A stretch of DNA of 64,000 nt from Flavobacteriales bacterium. GTDB taxonomy: Bacteria > Bacteroidota > Bacteroidia > Flavobacteriales > UBA7312. Of the stretch, positions 30,577 through 39,196 are shown piece after piece. The stretch's first letter is position 1, and each line of letters begins with the position of its first letter. The DNA lies in NCBI GenBank assembly GCA_029248105.1, contig JAQWJZ010000018.1:7596-71595 (forward strand), read 5' to 3'. The position numbers and the translations under genes are program-made. The notes below the pieces were generated by a model, which searched no databases, was not told where the DNA came from, and was given only the letters and a program-made list of their open reading frames with translations.

Positions 30577-31053
30577 TTATTTTTTAAGGTAAGCCGAATA
30601 CATCCACACTAATTTTTCTTGTTCTCTTATGTAGTCGCTCATTAAGGCATTAGTTCCTTCGTCTTCTATTTCTCCAGATAATTCTAATATTTGTCTTTGT
30701 TTGCTGAGTAAAATAGCGAAAGCGCTCAAAATTTCTTGTAGAGATTTTGGACCATCATTAACTTCGTTAGTTTCTACAATTGCTGTTTTCTCAAGATAAA
30801 ATGAAAATTTATGATTCGGTTGGTATCCTAAAGTTAAAATACGCTCAGCTATTTCATCAATTTTCACGAACAAATCGTTGTACAACTCTTCAAACTTGAG
30901 GTGTAATTCAAAAAATTTATCGCCTTGTACGTTCCAATGGTAGCCTCTCACGTTTTGATACAATACAGTGTAATTTGAAAGTAAATCATTCAGCGAGTTA
31001 GCAAGTGTTTGACTTTTTGCAGCATCTAATCCAATAAGGTTTAAGGTAATCAT
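30577..31053 (-). CDS. dps: Dps family DNA-protection/ferritin-like protein
   Basis: YQNVRGYHWNVQGDKFFELHLKFEELY is the Dps ferroxidase-site pattern. Confidence 0.9.
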   Translation of the reverse strand: MITLNLIGLDAAKSQTLANSLNDLLSNYTVLYQNVRGYHWNVQGDKFFELHLKFEELYNDLFVKIDEIAERILTLGYQPNHKFSFYLEKTAIVETNEVNDGPKSLQEILSAFAILLSKQRQILELSGEIEDEGTNALMSDYIREQEKLVWMYSAYLKK

Positions 31054-31064
31054 AGTTTTAATTT

Positions 31065-31582
31065 TTAGGGTAAAATTCGTTTTAGTGTGTTTTCTTTTGT
31101 TTTGATATAATGCTTGATTACTCCAGCTATATGGACTAATAATAATATCATGAGAATAAAAGAGGTTATACCGTGCGCTTCAAGAGGTTTGATATTTTCT
31201 CTTTGGTTTATGAGTTCAGTATTCTGACTTTCTATAGCATTTATATAGCCACCGCTAAGCATAGTAGCAATTCCGCTTATGGTTATGGAAATAGTAAAAT
31301 GTAAAAGGTATTGTGAATCCAAATAATCAACTTGTTGTTGATAGGCGATCCTGTTTGTATGTCTTTTGGTCTTTTCTTCGTAAAAAAGAAGTAGGTTCTT
31401 ATAATAGTCAGTAGAAATACACTTATTCCTAATAGGGCATGGGTTTGTACAAGTCCTAATTTTTCTGTTGTATCCAATCCTGACATATAACTGCCCATTG
31501 GAAATAAAATTAAAATCAATACAGTGCTAAGCCAATGAATGGTTATAGTCGTTATATTGTATTTGTTGTTGGATGGTTTCAT
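31065..31582 (-). pseudogene. Cytochrome b561 (CybB family) split by a 1-nt frameshift
   Basis: ORF 31283..31582 matches the CybB N-terminal half (NKYN..ITIHWL...H..LGIS). ORF 31065..31322 matches the C-terminal half (...LVHIAGVIKHYIKTKENTLKRILP). The frames join if one T is added to the T3 run at 31289..31291. Confidence 0.7.
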
Positions 31583-31608
31583 AGCTTTAGGGTTTAAATG
31601 TTTAGAGT

Positions 31609-31986
31609 TTAGGGGTATAAAAGTTTTTCCAACTCTTTTAATTCTTTAGGGACAATAGAATAGGTTTTGCCTTTGAGTTTGTATTGAATTTTACATATGG
31701 TGTCAGAATTCCAAAGCTCTTTGCTTTTGTAGGCGAATACCATTAAGGTATCACCTTTCTGATATTTTTCTGGATTTACGCTGTGCATTAAGGCTTTGCG
31801 ATATGCCTTGATCTGCTCTATTTGGAAGTTGGCATCGTTGTCAGGAGCAACTACTTGAAAATGATAATTTGTGCCGCTTCCAGTTTCAGGACGCCCACCT
31901 ACCCAATGCTGGTAAGTCGATGAAATTAATAAATCTTGTGTATTACAAGAAAACAGAATTAAGAAGAAAAATAAGTAGATTTTCAT
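31609..31986 (-). CDS. Hypothetical lipoprotein
   Basis: Signal peptide with lipobox LFSC. No family recognised. Confidence 0.4.
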   Translation of the reverse strand: MKIYLFFFLILFSCNTQDLLISSTYQHWVGGRPETGSGTNYHFQVVAPDNDANFQIEQIKAYRKALMHSVNPEKYQKGDTLMVFAYKSKELWNSDTICKIQYKLKGKTYSIVPKELKELEKLLYP

Positions 31987-32069
31987 CTGACAAAGGTAAC
32001 AAAAAAAATCGGTAAATTTTTTTAATAATTTTTCTTATTTAAAATTAGTCTAAATAAAAATAAAGGTCA

Positions 32070-32077
32070 TATATTTG
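32070..32077 (+). promoter_or_regulatory. -7 box TAnnTTTG upstream of the porin gene
   Basis: tatatttg, 27 nt upstream of the ATG at 32104. Confidence 0.55.
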
Positions 32078-32103
32078 CCGAAACTTTAAATAAACATTTT
32101 AAA

Positions 32104-33231
32104 ATGAAACTACATATTTACTTATTAGCTTTAAGTTTTTTGGCTCTTCCAACGCTTAAAGCACAAAATTCGTCTGAAAATATTTTAGGTGGAAAAGAGG
32201 GTTTAATTATTGGAGGTTATGGCCAAATTGATGGGAACTTCAATTTGGATAATGACAATAAGATGAATTCTAACGGTAAACTTGATGTTCATCGTTTAGT
32301 AACTTTTTTAGGCTATAAATTTAATGACAAAGCTACTTTCGTTTCTGAATTAGAATACGAGCATGTGGTAGAACTTTATGTTGAACAAGCCTTCTTAGAT
32401 TATAAAATTAAGGATAATATGAGCGTTCAAGCAGGTTTAATGCTTATCCCTATGGGTATCCAAAACCTTTACCATGAGCCTCCAACATTCAATGGTGTTG
32501 AACGAACAAATGTAGATAAATACATTGTTCCTACTACTTGGAGAGAGATTGGTGTAGGTCTTAATGGTCGTTTAGATGAGCAATCGATTAATTATCAGTT
32601 AATGGTCGTCAATGGTCCATTAGGATACGAAGAGGGTTCTGCTAATTTTAGTGGCAAAAAAGGCCTTAGAGGAGGTCGTCAGAAAGGTGCAGAAGCTACA
32701 GTTACGGATTTCGATTTTGCTGGTAGGTTATCTTACTTTGGAATGTTAGGCTGGAATTTTGGAGCATCTTTTTACAAAGGAAACTCAGAAACAACCGACT
32801 TTGAAGCAGATTCTACACAAGTTGGTTTAACAATGATGGGTGTCGATGCACGATATAACAATGGTCCATTTCAAGCAAGAGGTCAGTATATTCTAGCTAA
32901 TCTAGAAAATACGGCAGAGTATAACGCTAAAACTGGTGCTGATTTAGGCTCAAAGTTATTGGGTTATTACCTTGAGGCGGGTTATAATGTTTTAGATGGT
33001 AAATCTGAAAATGAGCTTATTGTATTCGGTCGTTATGAGAATTACAATACTCACGAAGAGACAGATGGCTTCGATGCTAATGCTGCTTACGATAGAACAG
33101 ACAAAACTTTTGGTTTGATGTATAAGTTGAATAAGGGGGCAGCCTTTAAAGCAGATTATCAGTTGAAAAGTAATGAGTCTTCCGTAGAAGAAACAAAACA
33201 CCTTAACCTTGGCGTTGCCGTTTGGTTCTAA
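32104..33231 (+). CDS. Outer-membrane porin-like beta-barrel
   Basis: Signal peptide, alternating beta-strand pattern, C-terminal ...NLGVAVWF. Confidence 0.6.
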   Translation: MKLHIYLLALSFLALPTLKAQNSSENILGGKEGLIIGGYGQIDGNFNLDNDNKMNSNGKLDVHRLVTFLGYKFNDKATFVSELEYEHVVELYVEQAFLDYKIKDNMSVQAGLMLIPMGIQNLYHEPPTFNGVERTNVDKYIVPTTWREIGVGLNGRLDEQSINYQLMVVNGPLGYEEGSANFSGKKGLRGGRQKGAEATVTDFDFAGRLSYFGMLGWNFGASFYKGNSETTDFEADSTQVGLTMMGVDARYNNGPFQARGQYILANLENTAEYNAKTGADLGSKLLGYYLEAGYNVLDGKSENELIVFGRYENYNTHEETDGFDANAAYDRTDKTFGLMYKLNKGAAFKADYQLKSNESSVEETKHLNLGVAVWF

Positions 33232-33266
33232 TTTTAGATAAATTGGTTAATAAAGTTTATAATCAA

Positions 33267-33770
33267 ATGCATATTCAGAGAGTTATACCTGCTATTATGG
33301 TGGGTATACTCTTTTTTGTGTTATGTCCCAAAATAGCATTATCACAGTGGACACCTTCAGATAAAATAGTGTCTAAAGCTGAGCTGACTGTTCAGAAATT
33401 ATTTAATGTGGATTACCTAAAATCGCCTATCGATATCAGTTCTAATTTTTACGAGTTGAGTAATAACGATAGCGTTATTGGTTATATGTGTTTGCAACAA
33501 GCACCTAGTAAGCACGATATGTTTGATTTTTTAGCGGTTTATTCTGCGGATATGCAGTTGCTCAAATTGCAGATTTTAGCATACAGAGAAAATTATGGTG
33601 GAGAAATTTCTAATAAGCGTTGGCTCAAACAGTTTTTGACACGCCCTATTGAACAAGTACAAGCTATCTCTGGAGCAACTATTTCTGTTGAATCTATGAA
33701 AATGGTCGTATCTTCGCTCACTCAAAAAATGAACGATTGGCATAACACTCAAACTATAACCGATAACTAA
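33267..33770 (+). CDS. FMN-binding domain protein (extracytoplasmic, probable flavinylation substrate)
   Basis: Signal anchor from MHIQRV..., and the AISGATISVESM motif (SGAT Thr flavinylation site of the NqrC/RnfG-type FMN_bind domain). Confidence 0.7.
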   Translation: MHIQRVIPAIMVGILFFVLCPKIALSQWTPSDKIVSKAELTVQKLFNVDYLKSPIDISSNFYELSNNDSVIGYMCLQQAPSKHDMFDFLAVYSADMQLLKLQILAYRENYGGEISNKRWLKQFLTRPIEQVQAISGATISVESMKMVVSSLTQKMNDWHNTQTITDN

Positions 33771-34259
33771 ATGGATTTCAAACTGCATCAATTACCAAAG
33801 TCTTTAAGAATATCGTTATCTGTTTTTTTGCTTACCCTTTCTTTTGGTTATTTTTCAGGTTTAGATTTGTTAAAGCACACCACCGATTATAAGGCGGAAG
33901 GGATTCAAGAAAATGTTTTGGGTAACGAATTTGACGAAGAGGCTGAAGAATTGCATTTTAAAATGTCTGAAAGAGAGTTGCAAGGCATTATTCACTCTCA
34001 CGTCATAACGATTTCTATGTTATTTGCCCTTTTATCTTTTATGGTTTACTTTACTTCATTGCCGTTATACTTCAAGTCTTTTTTAATGATAGAGCCTAAC
34101 GTGTCACTGGTCGTTACCTTTGGTGGATTATGGCTAATGTGGTTGGGGCATACTTGGATTAAGTATGTCATTATGATATCAGGAATACTGATGCATCTTT
34201 CTATGATAATGTTAATTGTAACATTATTATGGCAACTACTTATAAAAAAAGAAAATTAA
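33771..34259 (+). CDS. Hypothetical 4-TM membrane protein with His residues in or next to TM segments
   Basis: 162 aa. His residues at IIHSHVITI, WLGHTWI and LMHLSMI. The start abuts the preceding stop. Confidence 0.45.
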   Translation: MDFKLHQLPKSLRISLSVFLLTLSFGYFSGLDLLKHTTDYKAEGIQENVLGNEFDEEAEELHFKMSERELQGIIHSHVITISMLFALLSFMVYFTSLPLYFKSFLMIEPNVSLVVTFGGLWLMWLGHTWIKYVIMISGILMHLSMIMLIVTLLWQLLIKKEN

Positions 34260-34714
34260 AGCTTAGCTTCTTTCAAAAACTTTGAAGGAACAATAAGCAT
34301 TCCAAAACAACTCCCGTTATTTTTAACTAAACTTTTGTGATGTACTTTATGAGCTTTTCTTATGGCTTTAAGATAAGGTATCTTTGTGCGTTTAAATAGT
34401 TTTATGCGTTGGTGAATAAAAACTTCGTGTACAATAAAATATGCAAAACCATACAAGGTAATGCCTATACCAATATATAGAAGTGTAGAGCCTAAAATCA
34501 TAAATATGGCTCCTGGGATGGCAAAAATGAGGAAAAAGGCATCGTTATTTTCTAAAACTCTGTCTTTATTGACTTGGTGATGGTCTTTATGGAGCCTCCA
34601 TAAGAATCCGTGCATAACATACTTATGAGTTGCCCAAGCGATGAACTCCATCATCCAAAATGTTGAGAAAATAATTAAAATACCTAAACCTAAACCTAAA
34701 TTCATGGGGAACAC
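34256..34714 (-). CDS. crtZ: Beta-carotene 3-hydroxylase
   Basis: His boxes HKYVMH, HKDHH, HEVFIHQR and HKVHH. 152 aa. Confidence 0.9.
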   Translation of the reverse strand: MFPMNLGLGLGILIIFSTFWMMEFIAWATHKYVMHGFLWRLHKDHHQVNKDRVLENNDAFFLIFAIPGAIFMILGSTLLYIGIGITLYGFAYFIVHEVFIHQRIKLFKRTKIPYLKAIRKAHKVHHKSLVKNNGSCFGMLIVPSKFLKEAKL

Positions 34715-35257
34715 TTATGCAATTAAAACTTCTTTTTTGACAGTCGATTTACTTTCTAATACCTTTTCTACACATATCTTAAGCCATGGGGTAAAGGTAT
34801 TAGGTTTTTCTTTAATTTCTTTCATTAAATTACTCGATTTAATATACCTGTAACCTCCAACTTCTGATGGGTTTGGTTTGGGCTTTTCGTCAGAAAAACC
34901 AATGTAAACGTGGTCTAATTCATTTTCAATAAGTCCATTGTCAAAATTAGCCTTATACAGAAAACTAAACGAAAAATATAAGTCACAACTGATACCCATT
35001 TCTTCCTTTAGTCGCCTTTCTGCTGCGTGTTTTACCATTTCATTACTTCTTGGGTGACTACATGCTGTATTACTCCAAAGACTAGGAGTATGGTATTTGT
35101 GTGAAGCACGTTTTTGAATTAACATTTCACCTTCTGAATTAAAGATAAAAATAGAAATAGCTCTATGTAAAAGTCCTTTTTGGTGGGCTTCTAATTTTCC
35201 TATTTTGCCAATAGGCATATCGTTTTTATTTACTAGAATAACTTGTTCTTCCATCAT
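34715..35257 (-). CDS. idi: Isopentenyl-diphosphate delta-isomerase, type 1 (Nudix fold)
   Basis: LLHRAISIFIFN..., WSNTACSHP (catalytic Cys) and a conserved Glu region. Confidence 0.85.
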   Translation of the reverse strand: MMEEQVILVNKNDMPIGKIGKLEAHQKGLLHRAISIFIFNSEGEMLIQKRASHKYHTPSLWSNTACSHPRSNEMVKHAAERRLKEEMGISCDLYFSFSFLYKANFDNGLIENELDHVYIGFSDEKPKPNPSEVGGYRYIKSSNLMKEIKEKPNTFTPWLKICVEKVLESKSTVKKEVLIA

Positions 35258-35717
35258 TTAATGATTTGAATATTGGTGTTATAAACTTTTGAAGTTCTTC
35301 TGAACTAGTAGAAATAGTTTTGTTTATCAAGTCACTATCTTCTTTCATATTTAACTTGTAATCTAAAAATTGTGGTGTGCCATCTTGTACACAAAATCGT
35401 AAAAACCTCAGTTCAATATCTTCTGGATATAGATTAATTACTTTTTCTAATTTTTCTTTACCTTGTTTGAAGGCTTTGAGTTTGTCTAAAGGGTTTATTG
35501 AAAACTTACTTTGTAACATTTGCGAAACGGCATAATAGGTATATCGTAAATACTCTGTTTCAATAGAACTGTTTTCTGTTAATTCGAATAGTTTTTTTGC
35601 TGCATCTTCATCAAAAGATGCTTCAAGATACAGTTCTCTAATTTGCGAAATACTAAGCTCTTGGGCTTGGCTATTCATTAGGAAAAAGAATAATGTAATA
35701 ATAAACCAATACCTCAT
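35226..35717 (-). CDS. Hypothetical secreted protein embedded in the crt operon
   Basis: Signal peptide (…FFLMNSQAQE), helical-repeat-like. ATGA overlap with the crtB stop. Confidence 0.45.
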   Translation of the reverse strand: MRYWFIITLFFFLMNSQAQELSISQIRELYLEASFDEDAAKKLFELTENSSIETEYLRYTYYAVSQMLQSKFSINPLDKLKAFKQGKEKLEKVINLYPEDIELRFLRFCVQDGTPQFLDYKLNMKEDSDLINKTISTSSEELQKFITPIFKSLNDGRTSYSSK

Positions 35718-36553
35718 ATTAGGTTGAATTGATTTTTCAACATAGACTGAAGCATTAATCCAACCTTATTAGTATTAGGAATTCGGATACGTTCTTCAAG
35801 AATTCTAGATGAAGGTAATGACTTTATCTTTCTGAATAAATTGTAGTAATATATGTAAGCTAGATAAACTCCACCTCTTGAGCTTAGCGGTAGTTTTTTA
35901 ATTCCTCTAAGTGCATCGGCAAAATCAATCTCTATATCATTTTCAATTTTTCTTTTATCTTCTTCTGAAAAATTAACCATATTCACGTCAGGAAAATAGG
36001 TTCTTCCTAAGTATGAAAAATCACTATTTGCATCTCTTAAGAAATTCACTTTTTGAAAAGCTGATCCTAAGCTCATAGCGCTAGGCTTTAGTGCTTCATA
36101 TTGTTCTTCATTGCCATTTACAAATACTTTCAAGCACATTAGACCGACAACTTCGGCTGAGCCTAAGATATATTTATTGTATTTGTCTGTGTCATAACTC
36201 TGGAACTCGTCCAAATCCATTTCCATGCTATCTAAAAAGGTATTGATAAGTTCCCATTCTATCTGATAGTCGTTAACTACTTTTTGAAAGCTATTCAAGA
36301 TAGGATTCAAACTAATTTTAGATTCTATGGCATCAATTGTATCTGCTTTAAACTTATGAAATAAGCGGTGCTTGTCGTAGTCGTGAAAGGTATCCACTAT
36401 TTCATCGGCAAAACGAACAAATCCATATATCCCATAAATAGGGGCGTGTATTTTTTTGTCTAACGCTTTGATGCCAAAGCTGAAACTTGTGCTGTAAGCT
36501 ATAGTTGTTAGCTTACTGCATTTATCTGAAACATTGTCAAAAATGTACTTCAT
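35714..36553 (-). CDS. crtB: Phytoene synthase
   Basis: YGFVRFADEIVD and NFLRDANSDFSYLGRTYFP are the Asp-rich motifs of squalene/phytoene synthases. Confidence 0.9.
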   Translation of the reverse strand: MKYIFDNVSDKCSKLTTIAYSTSFSFGIKALDKKIHAPIYGIYGFVRFADEIVDTFHDYDKHRLFHKFKADTIDAIESKISLNPILNSFQKVVNDYQIEWELINTFLDSMEMDLDEFQSYDTDKYNKYILGSAEVVGLMCLKVFVNGNEEQYEALKPSAMSLGSAFQKVNFLRDANSDFSYLGRTYFPDVNMVNFSEEDKRKIENDIEIDFADALRGIKKLPLSSRGGVYLAYIYYYNLFRKIKSLPSSRILEERIRIPNTNKVGLMLQSMLKNQFNLI

Positions 36554-36555
36554 AA

Positions 36556-38028
36556 TTAGATAAGGTTAGATTCTACTATGTGATTTGCTACCACTTGTCC
36601 TGAAATGATAGACGGTGGCACACCAGGTCCGGGTACTGTAAGCTGACCTGTGTAGAAAAGGTTATTTATTTTCTTGTTAATGATTTTAGGTTTAAAGTTT
36701 GCCGTTTGAAGTAGCGTGTTAGCCAACCCATAAGCATTGCCCTTGTAGGCATTGTAATCGTTTACAAAGTCGTTAACGCAATAACTTCTCTTATATTCTA
36801 TATGTTCTTCAATGGATTGACCAGTATATTTTTCTAATCGTCTAAGCATAATGTCAAAATATTTTTCTCTAATTTCATCATTATCTTTTAGTCCTGGTGC
36901 AATTGGCATCAAAAAGAAGATGTTTTCTTTACCTTTAGGAGCAACAGACGGGTCTGTTTTGGATGGACAACAAACATAAAATAAGGGTTTGTTTGGCCAT
37001 TTTGGATCGGAATAAATTTCGTCTGTATGTTTCTCAATATCTTCATCAAAAAATAAGTTGTGATGAATCAGTTTGTTGAGCTTGGTATTAACGCCAACAT
37101 AAAACAAGAGACTGGAGGGAGAGAAGGTTCTTTTTTCCCAATAATCATCGTTGTAATTTCTATATTTTGGAGGAAGTAGTTTACTTTCAATATGATTGTA
37201 GTCAGCAGAACCTACCACAATGTCTGTTTTTAATATTCTTATATCTGTGACTATGGATTTTATTTTTTCATCTTCAATATTGACAGAATTTACGGCTTCG
37301 TTGGTGTGAAATTCTACACCTTGTTCTAGACAAATTTCTTTAAATGCATCAATGACTTTTCCGAACCCTCCCATAGGATAAAATGTGCCTTTTTTAATTC
37401 CAGAATAAGTCATTAGACTATATAAAGCAGGTGTTTGACTTGGGGCAGTTCCTAAAAATAAGACAGGAAATTCTAATAAAGATTTTAAATAATGATTTTT
37501 AAAATATTTAGCTACGTGATTTCTGTATGAAGTAAACACTTGCAGCTTGAAAACATTAGCAAATAATTTAGGTTTACATACCTCCAACAGAGATAGACCA
37601 GGTTCATAGACTAATTGGTTGATGCCAAAATCATATTTGAATTCGGCTTCCCTCATAAATTCTTCTAACTTTTTGGAAGAGCCTTTTTCAAAGCTTTCGA
37701 ATAACTCGCATACAGCAGACCAATCTGATGATAGCTTTATAGTTTTTTCTTGTTCGAAGATGATTTGAAAGCCCGGGTCTAACTGAGTTAAATCGAAATA
37801 GTCGCTTGCTTTTTTTCCAAATTCTGCGAAAAATTTCTCAAACACATCAGCCATCCAATACCAGCTAGGCCCCATATCAAAGGTGTATCCTTTAGCTTTA
37901 AACTGTCTTGCTCGTCCTCCTATGCTTTCGTTTTTCTCAAAGACGCTAACCTTATGCCCTTCTTTGGCAAGAAAAGCAGCGGCACTTAAACCCGAAAACC
38001 CACTCCCTATGACTGATATATTACTCAT
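36556..38028 (-). CDS. crtI: Phytoene desaturase
   Basis: VIGSGFSGLSAAAFLAKEGHKVSVFEKN dinucleotide fold and C-terminal LFYTGQLTVPGPGVP. Confidence 0.9.
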   Translation of the reverse strand: MSNISVIGSGFSGLSAAAFLAKEGHKVSVFEKNESIGGRARQFKAKGYTFDMGPSWYWMADVFEKFFAEFGKKASDYFDLTQLDPGFQIIFEQEKTIKLSSDWSAVCELFESFEKGSSKKLEEFMREAEFKYDFGINQLVYEPGLSLLEVCKPKLFANVFKLQVFTSYRNHVAKYFKNHYLKSLLEFPVLFLGTAPSQTPALYSLMTYSGIKKGTFYPMGGFGKVIDAFKEICLEQGVEFHTNEAVNSVNIEDEKIKSIVTDIRILKTDIVVGSADYNHIESKLLPPKYRNYNDDYWEKRTFSPSSLLFYVGVNTKLNKLIHHNLFFDEDIEKHTDEIYSDPKWPNKPLFYVCCPSKTDPSVAPKGKENIFFLMPIAPGLKDNDEIREKYFDIMLRRLEKYTGQSIEEHIEYKRSYCVNDFVNDYNAYKGNAYGLANTLLQTANFKPKIINKKINNLFYTGQLTVPGPGVPPSIISGQVVANHIVESNLI

Positions 38029-38036
38029 GTATTTTA

Positions 38037-38729
38037 TTAAGATTTTATGAATTCATAAAATTCATTTCTTGTTTTATTAGACTCTATAAATTCCCCCGTC
38101 AGTTTTGAGGTCTTCATAGATGTTCCTTGGTGTCCTACACCTCTACATTGTACACAATTGTGTGAGGCTTCAATCATCACGGCAACACCTTTGTTATTTT
38201 CTACAATCTTATTTATAGCGTCATGTATTCTTACAGTAAGATTCTCTTGTATAGCACCTCTTCGAGCATAATGTTCAACAATTCTGTTGAGTTTGCTAAG
38301 CCCAATAATCTCTTGATTGATTTGCGGAATGTAAGCAATGTGAGCTTTGCCCATAATAGTTTGATGGTGATGTGAACACATTGATATAATAGGAATATTA
38401 CCTTCGAAAATAATTCCATCGTATTCGTAATTAGGAAATGTAGTAATTTTTGGAAATTCGTTATATCGTCCAGCCCATAAATCGTTGACGTAGGCTTTGG
38501 CTACTCTTGTAGGAGTTTCTTTTGAGTTAGGATCGTTTTTCCAATCGCAACCCAAAGCATCCAAAAATTCCCCAAACTTGACAGCCGCTTTGTCAATCAT
38601 TTCAAGTTTTTCTTCTTCGTTGAGAGAGCCGTTAATATTTATTCCGTCTGCATATCCTATATTTCTTAGTTCAGGATTTATCTCAATTATCTGAGCTGAT
38701 GAGCCATTAATTATTTTAGTTTTATCCAT
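38037..38729 (-). CDS. folE: GTP cyclohydrolase I
   Basis: SMCSHHHQ and ASHNCVQCRGV are zinc/active-site motifs of FolE type I. Confidence 0.9.
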   Translation of the reverse strand: MDKTKIINGSSAQIIEINPELRNIGYADGININGSLNEEEKLEMIDKAAVKFGEFLDALGCDWKNDPNSKETPTRVAKAYVNDLWAGRYNEFPKITTFPNYEYDGIIFEGNIPIISMCSHHHQTIMGKAHIAYIPQINQEIIGLSKLNRIVEHYARRGAIQENLTVRIHDAINKIVENNKGVAVMIEASHNCVQCRGVGHQGTSMKTSKLTGEFIESNKTRNEFYEFIKS

Positions 38730-39138
38730 TGTATTCTACATAGTTATTTTCAGTTTCATACAATTTAACACTGTGCAAATTATTGCCAGTAGCTCGTATG
38801 TCGCTTTCTAATTCTTCATATATTTTTATGGCAATGTTTTCTGCAGTAGTAATAGTATCTTTCATAAAATCAACCTCAAGGTTAAGGTTTCTATGATCCA
38901 TTTTATCAACAATTCTACTTTTGATTATATCGCTCAACACTTTCAAGTCTATTACATAACCTGTATCCGGGTCAACACTGCCTTCAACCGTAACAAATAA
39001 GGTGTAGTTGTGGCCATGCCAATTTTTGTTTGAACACTTTCCAAATACTAGCTCATTTTTTTCATCAGTCCAATTTGGGTTGAATAATCGATGGGCAGCA
39101 TTGAATCTTTCTCGACGGATAACTTGTACGGTTTTCAT
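38722..39138 (-). CDS. 6-pyruvoyl-tetrahydropterin synthase (COG0720; Cx5HGH, PTPS-II-like)
   Basis: FNAAHRL...VFGKCSNKNWHGHNYTLFVTVEG is very close to the animal PTPS motif. The start is taken at the ATG of MKTVQV. The TTG-extended ORF to 39171 runs through the palindrome. Confidence 0.8.
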   Translation of the reverse strand: MKTVQVIRRERFNAAHRLFNPNWTDEKNELVFGKCSNKNWHGHNYTLFVTVEGSVDPDTGYVIDLKVLSDIIKSRIVDKMDHRNLNLEVDFMKDTITTAENIAIKIYEELESDIRATGNNLHSVKLYETENNYVEYNG

Positions 39139-39172
39139 TTTGTATAAACTTTCAGCGATAAAATTATACAAA
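39139..39172. promoter_or_regulatory. Palindromic operator candidate TTTGTATAA-N16-TTATACAAA (copy 1 of 3)
   Basis: tttgtataa-actttcagcgataaaa-ttatacaaa, with perfect 9-bp arms, between divergent PTPS-folE-crt and SDR-MMPL genes. Confidence 0.7.
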
Positions 39173-39178
39173 AATGCT

Positions 39179-39186
39179 TAACTTTG
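39179..39186 (+). promoter_or_regulatory. -7 box TAnnTTTG upstream of the SDR gene
   Basis: taactttg, 10 nt before the ATG at 39197 and 6 nt after the palindrome. Confidence 0.5.
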
Positions 39187-39196
39187 CAAAAAAAAG

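Noticed and set aside
31987-32103. AT-rich partial palindrome (aataa-N6-ttatt) in the dps-side/porin divergent region, as a possible Fur-type box
   Set aside because: The arms are only 5 bp in ~80% AT DNA, which is expected by chance. There is no second copy to support it.
39139-39171. TTG-initiated extension of the PTPS ORF (MYNFIAESLYK...), and likewise 47576..47617 for the hypothetical gene and 33222..33266 for the FMN-binding protein
   Set aside because: The extensions run through the palindromic operators or promoter boxes, or precede an obvious signal anchor. Internal ATG starts give sensible N-termini.
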